Below are positions 51,023 through 64,000 of a DNA stretch of 64,000 nucleotides, one piece after another (position 1 is the stretch's first letter; the number at the start of each line of letters is the position of its first letter). Both the position numbers and the translations under genes were made by a program. The notes below the pieces were generated by a model. That model was not told the DNA's origin. It searched no databases and saw only the letters and a list, made by a program, of their open reading frames with translations. Source of the DNA: Nageia nagi (Eukaryota; Plantae; Pinophyta); contig JBITNC010000001.1 in the NCBI GenBank assembly GCA_050084985.1, positions 143,344,001 to 143,408,000 on the forward strand. Direction: 5' to 3'.

Positions 51023-51159
51023 CTGATATGTAGAATGTGGAGCAATACTATAAGCTAGAAATTATTTAACATGATATATGATGCAAACTACTGATATGTA
51101 TAATGTGGAGCAATACTATAAGATAGAAATTATTTAACATGATATATGATGCAAACTAC
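51023..51159 (+). repeat. 68-bp tandem duplication in the copia leader
   Basis: ctgatatgta.aatgtggagcaatactataag.tagaaattatttaacatgatatatgatgcaaacta x2. Confidence 0.9.
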
Positions 51160-54100
51160 CTTTGGCGGCATCCTCCCCTCTACCCATATGAATCTTACCT
51201 TTATTGGCTCCTCTCAGTTTTTTTGAAATTTTAACCATTGTTTAAATTAAATTCCCATCCCTTGATTTAATTTTATTTTTTATCCTCATTCTTTCAAATG
51301 GTTGCTACTTGATGTGTAATTAAACATTTTCCTTAATGAAAATAGTAGAGTTAGTGGATCAAATATTTAATGATCATTACTTATTTTTTTTGTTGCTTAG
51401 TTTTTATTTGCTTTTTGCAAAGGAGAATTTTTTTAAATGTAATTTTTTTTTCAATTAAAAGAGGGAATATTTTTATATATAAAAAAATAATGGGGAGTTA
51501 TTTGAAATTTTTTGAAATTTGGAGTATTTTTTTTGAAAAAAAGAGTTTAAGTTTAGAAAATTCATCCTCTAAGGTTATTTTCTAAAGAAAAAATATAGTT
51601 ATTATGTCTTTCTTCTTTAATGCCTTAAATAAAGCTATTTACCATTTTTTAAATAAAAGGAGGAGATTGTTTATATGTATTTTTGTTTAAAAAAGAGGAG
51701 GAGATTAAACCTTTTCATAAAAGATACTTAAATATGTGCAAATATTTTCTTTTTACTCCTTCATATAATCCTTTTTTTTTAATGGAAATAGTCTTTCCAT
51801 GTTAGCTTCTAAGCATAGGAAAGTAAGGATCCCTATTGCAAACATGGAGACAAGTGAGAAGAAAAAGAACATGCTTTGGAAGAAAGGAAAGAAGATATAA
51901 TATGAAGATAAAATGCTAAATTGGTCAATCCTTTCAAGATAAAGAAATGAAGTCATAACTAGCATGCTTCATTTTTAAGCTTGCTATGCAATGGACTCTA
52001 ATGCTTTTATGGTTGAGGAAATGATAATTCCTCTTGAACTAAGTATTCTATAAGCAAGTTTATGTTAGTTTAACCTTGCTCTTATGATGAGTTTTTAGGA
52101 ATTATGTTAACCTTAAGCATGATTTAAAACTCCTAGAGTCTTGTTATGTAACTAATCCAAAAATTGAGGAAACTATTAGCCCTTTATTATTTGGTTATCC
52201 TTATTTTTGTGGTTAATTAATAAATGTTCAAATTAAGTTAATGGTAAAATGTGCACTAACTTCAAATACTACCTACAAACACTAAACTCAAATGCTAACT
52301 ACAATTATAGATTAGGGATTACTAACCTTAAACTTAGTGTTAAACAAAGTGCGCTAAGATGATTTACAATATTCTAACACTAACAACTTACTAACTACAA
52401 AGCTGCTAACCTACAACTTGTAAATTTTTTTAATACAAAATTATACAAATTTCTTTCAATTGCACCAATATTAAACATTATTAGTTTATATTGTTTGGAT
52501 ACTTATAATTCCTATGATAATTGTTTAAATTCTTAATGTTTAGTTAAATGTTTGTTAGTTACATGATTGAATAATTTTGCTACTTGCATTTGTAATCATA
52601 ATTGAAAAATCATATGTTGTTTCTTCTTATGCTTTAATCAATTAACATTTTTTTGTAGAGATGAAAGATTATTTTGCACAAAAGCACATCCTTGATGGTT
52701 TCAACTATGGTGTTTGGGAACCAAGGATGAAAGAGGAGCTTTAAGCACATAATCTTTGTAAAATAGTGAGTGAGAATCAAGTTATCCCATCAGAAGTAAA
52801 AGCACTAGAAGTTTATAACAACAAAAATGAGTTAGCAACTTCTATGATCTTTAAGGTAGTTTTAGATGAAGTTCTTATTATTTCAATCTCAACATCCACC
52901 ATAGAATCCTGGTATAGGCTTAAGAGGATCTACTTTGGTTTTAAATTTTTTAAATGATTTATCATCCTTCAAAAGCTCTTGCAATATTTTCAAAAGAAGG
53001 ATGAAGGCATAGCAATCTACTTGAATAAGACCATTGATCTAAGGACTTAACTTGTGATTTATGGGTGTAATTGGATCAATGATGAATTCATGGTGTTCAT
53101 CATCTTACAAATCCTTTCAACAAAATTTAATCACTTTGTGATTGTTATTAAGACTAAGCTTGATGATGAAGAGGAAGTCTTCTCATTAGATAATCTTTCT
53201 ATACTCCTCTTGAAGCATGAAGAGAATATCAATAACAAGGTGTTTATTTCTTTTCCAAAGGAGTAAAACACTTCTTTAAGTACAACTAAGATGACTCACT
53301 TCAAGAAGAAGTTCAAAAATCATAAAAAGACCCCTCATGCTCATCTTAATAGAAATGGAAAAAAGTATGACAACAATTATCATGATCACAAAGGTACGTA
53401 AAAGAAATCTCATATACCTAAGGAAATGTTTGATGGAAATTGTAACTTTTATGGCATCTATGATCACAAAGAGAACCATTGCTTCAAGAAAAAGAGAGAG
53501 TAAAATGGACAAGAAAAAGAAAATATCAACAACTTTAAAGAAAAGGAGAATAAGAAAAGTGCTTATGTTTGTGATATTTATTCTAAATCTCATATTTTTT
53601 TAAATAATTAGGTTGTGGATTTAGGTTGTAGTAATCATATGAGATTTGAAAGGAATACGTTTGAAAAGTTTCACAAACATAGGAAGGATGTGATAATAAT
53701 AGGATATAACTCTATAATAAAAGTTCATGGGATTAGAAATGTCTTGATGCATCGGAAGGTGATCTAATATGTTCTTTTTATACCTAATTTAGGAATGAAT
53801 CTCTTATCAATTATTCAAATTGTAAGAAAGAGATACAACTTTGAGTTCAATTTAAAATCTCAGAGTTTAAAAAAAGGGTTTTCCATCTTGATAAAAGTTT
53901 CAATCAAGTTTGACCTTTACATAGTTGACCAAGTGTCTACTATGTTGTGTCTTGCTTCAAACATTTTTTCTAAAAGAAACCTTTGGCATCAACATTTAGG
54001 TCACCTAAAACATAATATATTTGACTCATGAAGGATTGAGATCTTATTAAAGGATTACCTCTTTTATCATCCTCCATTGGCCTTTGTGAAAATTGCATCT

Positions 54101-57100
54101 TAAGGAAGATAAAAAGGTAAACAATTTAGAAGGATGAGGTAAATAGGGCATCTCAACCTCTCAAATCAATCCACTTAGATTTAATTGGTCCATTTCAAAC
54201 TAAATCACTTAAAGGAGCATCTTATGTTCTTACTTTTATTTATGACTTTATTTGGATGAATTTTGGGTATCTAATAAAGCATTAAGATCAAACCTTTGAT
54301 ATGTTCAAGGAGTTCATGACCTTAGTTAAAAATTAAATAAATCTAAAGATCTAGATGCTAAGGTCAGATAATAGGGGTGAATACATTAGTAATGAGTTCA
54401 ATGACTTTTTTGTGAATTATGGGATCAAAAGGTAGTTTACTATCCCTTATAATATGCAATAGAATAGTGTTATAGAGAGGAAGAATAGGACCATAATAGA
54501 GATGGATAGATGCATGATGGAAAATATTTCTAAGTATTTATGGTATGAAGCAATAAGAACTTCAATATACACTTTGAATAGGTATCTTAAAAAAGAATTT
54601 GAAGGATAAAATTCATATGAGGCATGGAAAAAAAAACTTAATATTTCTCATTTAAGAATCTTTGGATGTGAAGCATTTTTCTCCATAGTTTCTAAGAAAA
54701 GGAAGAATATGAATAATAATTTAGAAAAATACATCTTTATGGGATATGATAGTAAACAAAAAGGCTATATACTATATTCTCCTTCAATAAAGGTAGTTAT
54801 TATTTCAAGAGATATCAAGTTCAATGAAGTTCCTAATGGCTCTTCTTTAAGTGAAGTTTTTATAGACTCTTTATTCATTCCTAAGTGGTTGGATATCTCT
54901 TGAGATAAGTTTCCTCAAGATAAAAAATATCTAACTTAGAGAATAACTAGAAGCATAACTTTGAATAGGTCTCTACTTGATAAACTAAATAATCATAATA
55001 ATCTTTCAACCTTTAAGTATGCATCTAAACATTATTGTTGGATGGATTCTATGAAGTTAGAATATAAAGCTCTTATGAAAAATTGAATTTGGAACTTAGT
55101 TTTAGATTCATCCTCAAAGAATGTAATTGGAGATAAGTACAATTTAGAGGGTGAAATTGAGAAATATAAGGTAAGGTTGGTGGCTAAGGTTTTCACTCAA
55201 AAGTAAAGAGTTAATTATGACAAAACCTTTGTACTAGTAGCAAAGATGAATGCGATCAGATTGAACCTTGCCCTTTCTACAACTCAAGGTTGGAAGGTGC
55301 TTCAACTTCATATGAAGAATGCATTTTTCAATGATGACTTAGATGTTAAGATCTACATGAGTCAACTAGAAGGGTTTGTTGTGCAAGAAAAAGAGTCCCA
55401 TATATAAAAACTAAAGAAATTTTTATATGGACATAAGCAAGCATCAAGAGCTTACTACAATAATATTTCAAAAAACTTTGACTCTTGGATTCTTCAAATT
55501 CTACTTGGATTTAGATCTATATGTGCTCAATAAAAGAAAAGATTTAGTATTAATTATTCTCTATGTGGGTAATATTTTAATCATGAGGAATAATATGGTT
55601 TTTAAAAATGAGTGCATAACCAAATATAAGTTAAAATATGAGATGAATGATCTTGGTCTCTTGTACTACTACCTTGGTATGCAAGTGTATCCATGTAAGG
55701 ATTGTCCCTACTTTAGTCAATCCAAATATGTCTTATATGTATGAAAGAGTGTACCCCTTTGGATACTCCCATTTCTCTTAGAATCAAGTTTGATTCTAGA
55801 TTAAACTCTCAAATGGGAAATGCTATAGAGTACAGGCAACTTATTGGTAGTCTTATTTATTTAGCTATTTTGCTAGGCTAGATATTACCTATGTAGTGAA
55901 TTCAACCATAAGGTCTATGTAAAATCCTTATGTTGAGCATATCATTATACTAAGAAGATTTTGAGATATATTACAAGCATAAAGGATCTTGCCCTCAATT
56001 TTTTCAAGTTGCATTATTTTGTTCTCTCAGTAAAAACTCCACTTCTAATTATGTATTTAATATTGGATCAAGTGTTATCTCTTAGTATTATAAGAGGAAT
56101 TCTATAGTCACTTTGTCCACCATAGAAGCATAATATATAGCTATGACTAATGTAGCCTAGGAAGCAATTTGGCTTAGGCATATTTTGAAAGAAATTGAAT
56201 AGTAGTAGGTTGGTCCATCTTTGATATCTTTAGACAATAAATTTGCCATTGCTTTTGACAAAATATCTATTCCATCAAAGACTAATATACATCAAAATAT
56301 AAGCACATTTCATCAGGGAGAAAGTTTTGGATGACAGTTGTAGCTTTAGTATTGTTTATCAAATAAAAATGTCACTAATTTATTCACCAAGCCCCTTTTA
56401 GACTCTTATTTCTACAAGCTTTGGGGGTCTCTCAAGCTAGTGAGGTTTCCCTCAATGGGGAATGGAGTTTGAATTATTATTGAATTTATTTTTTTGTGAT
56501 GATAACTTCATTCTTACAAGGATATTTTGGCTATAAAGTGTTTATTGCTATGTATATGTTCCTTTTTCTTTTTCTTTTAATTCTCCATGTGTGAGGAACT
56601 AGTATATGCATGTTGGCATTATTTAGTAATGCACATGACATGAAATTATTTATACCCTTATTGCACTATTTAGTTATCCAAGTGTGAGGAACTAGTATGT
56701 GCATATTAGCACTCTTTAGTTATCCATGTATGAGGAACTAGTATGTATATGATTGGATGTATATCCTATTTTTTTATAATAATGATCAACACATGTGTTT
56801 ATTATATAGTAGGTGACTATGATTTTTCTTAGCATATTTGTGATGACTTATAGTGCACCATTTGATCAATTTATGGATGGAATTATTTGATTCATTTATA
56901 TAATATTGATATGAATGTATATTGCATTTAACTTATTTTGTTTATAAATTGCTTGTATCTTGCAAGTTTCTTCTTGAGATTGCAAGTTACTTACTTTGAG
57001 TATGTAGGCTCATGGAGGCTCATCATGTCAATTTTTTATTGAAGACTACTTATACATTGAAACTATTTATAGTTAATGGTTATTTTATTATAAACAATTT

Positions 57101-60100
57101 GTTAAAATGGTTAAGTAGTTGAGCCTTATCTAGGATCTATTACTTCTCAAAATGTAAAGTTCTTATCTTTGATTGTATCTATTATGGAGGAAAACTCTCT
57201 TATAATCTCTCTATCTATCTTATCTACTCTCAATCTAATATTGCATTAACAGGGAGTGTTAGAATTTGTAATGCATTATTTTTTGGTATCTAAAATGTAA
57301 CTCACTCACTTAATTCATCTAAATACTAAACATTATTTATAAATACCTTTTAGTATTTAGAGAATTAAATAAATGTAACTTGACAATCCTTACCTCATAT
57401 AAACCTTGGGTAAAAAGGTGAGTTAAGGTGGGTTTCTCTCTTATAAATAGAGGTGTTATCTTTGTTGTTATACACACTTGAATAAAGCAAAGTTATGTTA
57501 ATACTTTATAGGTTGATAGGATGAGAGAGAGGTTGTAATCATTGTAAGAATTATCATTGAGAAGGAAAAATCTTTAGTTAAAGTGGAGTACTCTCATGCT
57601 TAAGAGCTCTAGTGTAAGTTTCATTATGGTTAAGAAGAGGATACTTCAAGGTTGATATTTGTAAATGAGATTCTTCTCCTTTAATAGTCATGGTTCTCAT
57701 TGGTTGTTAACTAGGAAAATAGTCCCTCCCTCTTCTATTGGTTGTAAATGGAAGTATGTGATACCAACTTCCCTCAAATAGGAATTTTCCAAATCCTATA
57801 AACATCTAAGAGGATAACTATCATCTCGCAAATAGGAGATGGAATGTGTTGGCATCAGGATCCCAACACTCTACTAATACTATCAATAGGGAAAATTAAA
57901 GCTATACATTATAGAATCTCATTATCTTGATTGGATCTAATCCAACCTCAAGATCTATCTAAAGAATTCAACTTCATGGACCACCTCAAATTAAATGATT
58001 TTGATTCTATGAATAGCATTAAAATAACATAATTAGTTTGATATCATATAATATATATAGAAATAAATGCAAAAATCAATAAATAATATCTATATTAATT
58101 CAAAAATATCGTAAATTAATTTCTTCTCCCTTTCCATATTAGAAAACAAAATCGATGGGTCGGGGAAAAGTGACTCAATTAATCCCTTTTCTTTTTAAAT
58201 GGAGAAAAAAATGATAGATACTAGGGGCATATAATCCAAACATAAAGTAATTAAAACTATTAATCCCTATGGTATAAAGTTAAATGTAATTAAACAAATA
58301 GGGAATGATTTGGAAAAAAACCCCTCCCCCATGCTTTCATTAAAATGAATGGATTACATAAAACTTGGGTTTAAAAATAAAATATATTTTATAAAAATTA
58401 AAATCAAATAAACATTCCTCCCTTAGTTTGGTGTGTTTTTCATAGGTACAAATGGGGGTACCCTAGGTTTTATTTAAAAGATATATACATGCAAAAAAAA
58501 AAAGAAAAACAAAGTGATACTATAAAATAAGTAATCACCACATGGTGAGTTGGTAAAGTTTGAATATACTTAGCCACATGATTGTATCTCCTAGCCAATG
58601 GTCCTTTTATACCTAATTGATATGTCATATCATTCAAAAATTTGTAAATTAAATGGTTAAGAGGCAATTTGTGGGGCCCATGTCTCCAATCACATGACAA
58701 GAAAATGATCATAGAGAGTGCACAATCAATAGATAGGTAAGAGTTGGTAGGGTGAAAATGATCTAGGAAAGAAAGAATAAAAATAGTGAAAATAACATGT
58801 TGCTTTTCCTTTTTATTGATTTTGATCTCAAACCCTAGGAATACAACTCATTTAAATTTTCAAAATGGATGCAAGTAAATTTCAATTTAACATTTTTCTA
58901 AGTTTTAAAATATAGTATATTTGTCTAATTTTTAAAAAAAAATTAATTTTGCAAATTTCAAAGTGTCCATGCCCTTAGATTACATGATATTTTAAGTTAA
59001 AAGGGAAAATAATTATTTTCACATATATTTATTTGAAAATGCCATTATTTTACAAATATGCCCTCTGCTGATGATCATAATCAAATTTATAAAAGGCAAC
59101 TTTTGCTAATTCTATGAAAATTAAAGCATTAGCGATGTGCCACTATTATCTTTAGGGTGCTAATGTTATAAAATCTATATGAATTTTAATTACAAAATCT
59201 ATGTTATTTGATGAATTAATGCCATTAACTTTTTAAAATATGGTATACGATGTTGACATTGGATATGTTTATATCATGACTACTTTTTCACAAGAATACA
59301 TCTTGTACTAATGATATTTAAAGGTTTTAAGCCATGGCAATCCCATGAATACAATTCTCAAAATTGTAGGTCAATGTAATTGTAGTTTTCCTCTTACAAT
59401 ATTGGGGCATATCATTACCTCATCAACTTGATATTCATATTCTATGAGTTGCAATGAAAATGGTCTACCAAAAAATGTTATATTAATTTTATCCTTGCTC
59501 TTTACTTTTAATATTTTTATTATGATATGATTTATGTGGATATTATATCCTTTATTTCCACATATCATCCTAAAGATTAAGACCTCTATGGTACCTAGTA
59601 CATCACTCTACACATAGGATGCCATTTGGCTTAATTACCCTATAAAAGAAAATGTGAGAGGTATTCCACAACCAAAAGAGAGAAAATGAGATTACATACT
59701 AAACATACAGATTATGAAAGGTAAGTTCAGTTTGATTCTAAAAATTGTTTTTTTCTCTCAAAACTTCTTTAGATTATGTAATGTCACTACTTTTCATTTC
59801 ATATACAAAGAGGGGCAAAATGTAAACATCTAGAAGTGATTTATTATTTATTTAATAAATCATTATATTAGACTTCTTTACATATTAAACGTAATATTAT
59901 ATATATCAAGATAAAAGTTGATATTATAATGTAATGCCATGCATTATATTAAATGCAATATCATTTACCTTGGATCATATTTTAAAGTATCTTGAATACA
60001 ATAGAGATTATATTATTACTATAAGTCATCTTCCACTCCTTTCTATTTCCTTAAAGGTTATGCTATGAGCTTTATTACATGTCATGTTTTGTATAAAATA

Positions 60101-60785
60101 TAAATCAATAGGTTCCATGACATCAACATCGTAGAACTCACACGCTGTAAATAATGTGCATATATTAATCCAAAACTATAAACATAAGAGGAAATGATAG
60201 TTGATTTGCATGATTTATTATCATCAAGTTCATCTCTAATCCAATCCAATCCTCTGCACACCCTTGCGTACCTTATGGATTGCTATTTTACAATTAGGTA
60301 CACACTTTTTATTCATTTATCTATATATTTGAATAAGTATCATCCTTGTAGAATTATTTATGTTTATATTTATTATTTAAATAAGTTATCCTCTATACAT
60401 AGATTATAGGTGGTAAGAAAATAACACATTGTTTTCATAGAGAAAATCTTTTTGTAGAATCATTAGAGGCATAAATATTGGTAATACCCAATGTTATTCC
60501 TCCATATCCTCTAGCTAAACCTAAAGTTTTTTGTTCAAAGGGAATCATGCTATTTAGCACTAATGAAAATGATAGCTCCCCCTCTTCCAAAGGTATGATA
60601 TGATGACATAAAACTAAATACCTAGATATAGAAATGAATAAGTAATCCATATAATAAAATAAAATAAAAAATAACTTCTTAAAGATAGAAATAAAGGATA
60701 GGGTTATTGTATCATTGCAAGAATAAAGAAATCTCATTTTAGACCATGTACTTTTAGACTAGATTTGTCATCTTACATTTTTGGA

Positions 60786-60791
60786 TATATA

Positions 60792-60864
<73 letters not shown>

Positions 60865-60875
60865 CACACACACAC
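60786..60875. repeat. Compound (TA)n(CA)n microsatellite
   Basis: Long TA run followed by a CA run. Confidence 0.9.
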
Positions 60876-61848
60876 TTATTTTTTGAGAAAGACTATAATT
60901 GGTAACATGTTCATGGTTCCAACATAAGAATCTATGTAGAAATATTTATTAGTATGTGAATTGGAACCTCTATGGGCCTGTAAGATTGCCAACCATTAAG
61001 TGATACTCATGTTGGTGATGCTTCCTTTAAGAAGATATGCATGAGAATAGAAAATGCAAGAGCATTTGTAGTAGAATAAACCATTGAAAGAGAATAATCT
61101 CAATAGATAATAGAGTCACAAAGGTTATCAAAGAAGATAATAAGCTTTGGTTCCAACATTTATGCTAGGTTTCTTTTGAGGTCAATTGGAAACATGTGAG
61201 CATTTAATAATTAAATACCATTTTCCCCTTCAAGTCTTGGATTTTATTTAATGAGAAACTATTATTACACCATGCAATACATGAAGTATCCTAAAGATTA
61301 CAAAATAATAATTCTAAATGTTATATATATATTATTAAATTAAATAGGACAAGTTATAGGATATTTAGTTGATATAAGATTCAATTATTTTTAACATATG
61401 AAATAGGATTATGTAATAGTAGAATAGTTTAAATGATTGTGATTCCAAGTTTGTTAATTGTTTAGCAAGTACCATAAATTATATTATGGCTCCTTAAAAA
61501 TTATTGTTTACTACTTTAATTTCTTAGGGAGAAGATATTATTGTAAGAGGCTTTTAAATTATGTAATTTCAAATTAAAGAATCATCCTAATATAAATAAG
61601 TGTAAATATGTTATAATCTATTATATATAAATATTGTTATAGTAATATTTTATTGATAAGTATGTAAAAATGACTATTTATATTTTAAATATGTTTTTAC
61701 TAACACATGTATTTAGATGTATGTATTTGATAATTTAATACTACACATAATTTATATATTATCTTTGATTGAATCGATTCTATATTATTCCCTTACTCAA
61801 AAGCTCATTTGTAAAGTCCTTACAATTTCTACCTAAAAATTTTAATAC

Positions 61849-61850
61849 AA

Positions 61851-61890
<40 letters not shown>
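61849..61890. repeat. (TA)n microsatellite
   Basis: TA run with one interruption. Confidence 0.9.
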
Positions 61891-61892
<2 letters not shown>

Positions 61893-64000
61893 TGCATTAT
61901 TTTAACATTTTTAAACTTAACAATAATGACAACCAACTCATTTAATAAAGCATAAGAATGAAATGTTAAACACATCTTTTCATATTTAGAATTCGATACA
62001 TAAATCATAACTCATTTACATTGAATATAAATATTTACATAATAAAGTCTTCATTCTTCTTCCACATTCCTGTTTGGTATTAATATTTGAATTTTGAGAT
62101 AAGTAAAGTTTTTGGGATCATAACTATCTCTCTCTATGAAATGCATAACTAATACTTAAATGAGAACATATGCATTCAATTCGAAGATGCAATAAACATA
62201 TAGTCACTTTTTTACTTAAAAAGTATCTTTATTTATCTATGCAATCTAAATAAGAAACATCTAGGGTACTTATTCAATTTCAAACATGTAAAGTTCATTT
62301 CATCAAACATATTCATATATACAAACCCTTAATCAATAACCAATAAGAATATTTCATGAACTCAATATCATGATGTCAAAACACACATTCTTTCCACCCA
62401 AAGGTATATAAAATGCATAAAAATGTAATCAAGATTATTCATTACGTAAATCATAAAATAATCTTTGATATTTAGAATCACATGCTAGTGAAATCCCCTG
62501 TCATCAGCATACTACCTTATACTAGTGAAACCCCCATGTCTCTCATATTTAATATTAAACATTCAATACTCAAGGACCTATCATCAACAATAAAGTTCCC
62601 TATGCTAATGAAGACATATCATCCTTACATATGTAATAAATCCTATTTTTATGCTTATCCATGTAAGAATATTTTCTCACTCTTGTCATAATCAAATAAT
62701 TCAAAATAATCATTTCCAATATGGTTACTCATCCATTCCCTCACACTAAGGTATTCCTAACAAAAACATATAACTTATTCATTTCCATTTACCCTCATAG
62801 TTCATTCAATGAACAATAATGATTAGTAACAATCAACAAGAATAAGACAAATAATTCTCATAACACTAGACCAAAAATTTACTTTGGGGCATGCAATTTA
62901 TGGCATTTAAAAAGTACCTCGATTTTAGATTTTAGTGGTGGATTTAAACCACACCCAAAACTTTAAGGAGGTGGTGAAAAATAATCCTTAGTGAAAACAA
63001 AAAAAATAATTACAAAAAAAAACTCATGGAGAGCTTAGACAAGGACTTGGAATATTATCATCATTTTATGTTTTTTGAGTTTGTTGATTGAGGGGTTAGA
63101 GGAGAGAAAGGATCATTTTTCAAGGTTAGATGAGACGAGATGAGATAGGGCAAGACAAGGTGAGATGAGGTTCAAGAAGGTATTATTGCATAGTTCATGA
63201 TGTTTTATTCTTCTTCATTCTACATATATATCTATGCCTTGCATTTGTTTTGCATTATTTTAGAAAATCCCTTTTGTGTGTATCTTGTAATCATTAGAAA
63301 ACTTGAAATTATTTTTTGTATCATGTATCTTATCAAATAATTTCATTAAAGGGTAGTTTAAAATAGTTTTTCATCAAATGTTTTGGTTGTGATTGCTTTG
63401 ATAAAAATGTATGCAAAATATAGAAAAATACACAAGGGTGACCTTAAACTCTTTGATCTAATGGAGCACTTGGAAATAACCCTTATAATATAACCTTTGT
63501 ATATGTTCTACTTGCGTGTAGGTCAATTGTATAAGGGTTGTAAATCCTAATAATATGAGTGAATCTTATTGTATTATTAATGGGATGAAAAATTATACAA
63601 GCATTTTTTGAACTTCTTATCCATGTATGCATCACTATCAACCCAAGATCCTCAATTCCTTCATTTCATGAAAGTAATCCTCTTCATTGTATGTAATCAA
63701 AATCATATATTAACATAGAAGGAGCTTACAACATATTAACATAGGAGAAGCTTACAATATATAAAACTCCAAGTCTTGCCACCATGTTGAAGATTTTAAG
63801 GTTAAAAATTTGATGAGCTTCTCACTTGCACTTTGTGTACCATTTCTTTATCCCTACATTCATGACTATTCTCTTTTCCATAATAACTAATTTATTGATA
63901 GGATTGAACACAATAGAGAAGGATGGATATTTGACATCTCCAATTGAATCTCCACTAAAATTGGAGTATAGGTCTAATGTGTGGATAAGCACACCAATTT

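Larger units (their letters stand above)
49399..57684 (+). mobile_element. Full-length degenerate Ty1/copia retrotransposon with a long leader
   Basis: LTRs 49399-49846 and 57257-57684, PBS tggtattagag at 49849-49859, PPT aacagggag at 57248-57256, TSD taatc/tagtc. gag ATG at 52661 (LDGFNYGVWEPRM); PR VDLGCSNHM, INT RSDNRGEY, RT KVRLVAKVF, RH EAIWLR. Confidence 0.93.
47880..58020 (-). pseudogene. Plant mobile domain (PMD, aminotransferase-like/MAIN-like) gene remnant split by the 49399-57684 copia
   Basis: 57690-57900(-) gives LLIVLVECWDPDANTFHL..EMIVILLDVYRIWKIPI*GKLV. 48884-49330(-) gives YAWGSYILAQLYYDL..SFLQVWEYKH. Candidate GT-AG intron at 48434-48338, followed by a coiled-coil-like exon. 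Confidence 0.8.

Noticed and set aside
58400-64000. Short ORFs (59371-59568, 60435-60737, 62482-62691) as genes
   Set aside because: AT-rich, CpG-depleted and without recognisable domains; probably old TE debris, left unassigned.

Overview
AT-rich, CpG/CHG-depleted plant nuclear DNA, most likely a gymnosperm (inferred from the TE types and PLS-PPR remnants). There is one intact gene, an intronless L-type lectin receptor-like kinase (29460/29556-31604, +), in a CpG-retaining island with a 43-bp hairpin upstream. The rest is nested, decayed mobile DNA. (1) A Tat-type Ty3/gypsy element with an extra RNase H placed before RT and a probable ~6-kb LTR carrying palindromic repeats. (2) A ~0.97-kb tandem array of PPR E/DYW gene fragments, followed by a foldback, telomeric repeats and an opposite-strand PPR pseudogene. 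(3) An L1 remnant split by a MITE with an 8-bp TSD. (4) Two full-length Ty1/copia elements. (5) A plant-mobile-domain gene split by one of the copias. The most notable item is a Penelope-like retroelement (37161-47863, -), hidden because a copia sits inside its DKG motif. It has ~500-bp pseudo-LTRs, each carrying a decayed minimal type-I hammerhead ribozyme, and an RT ORF that stops before any GIY-YIG endonuclease. All calls come from manual reading and translation; boundaries of decayed elements are approximate.
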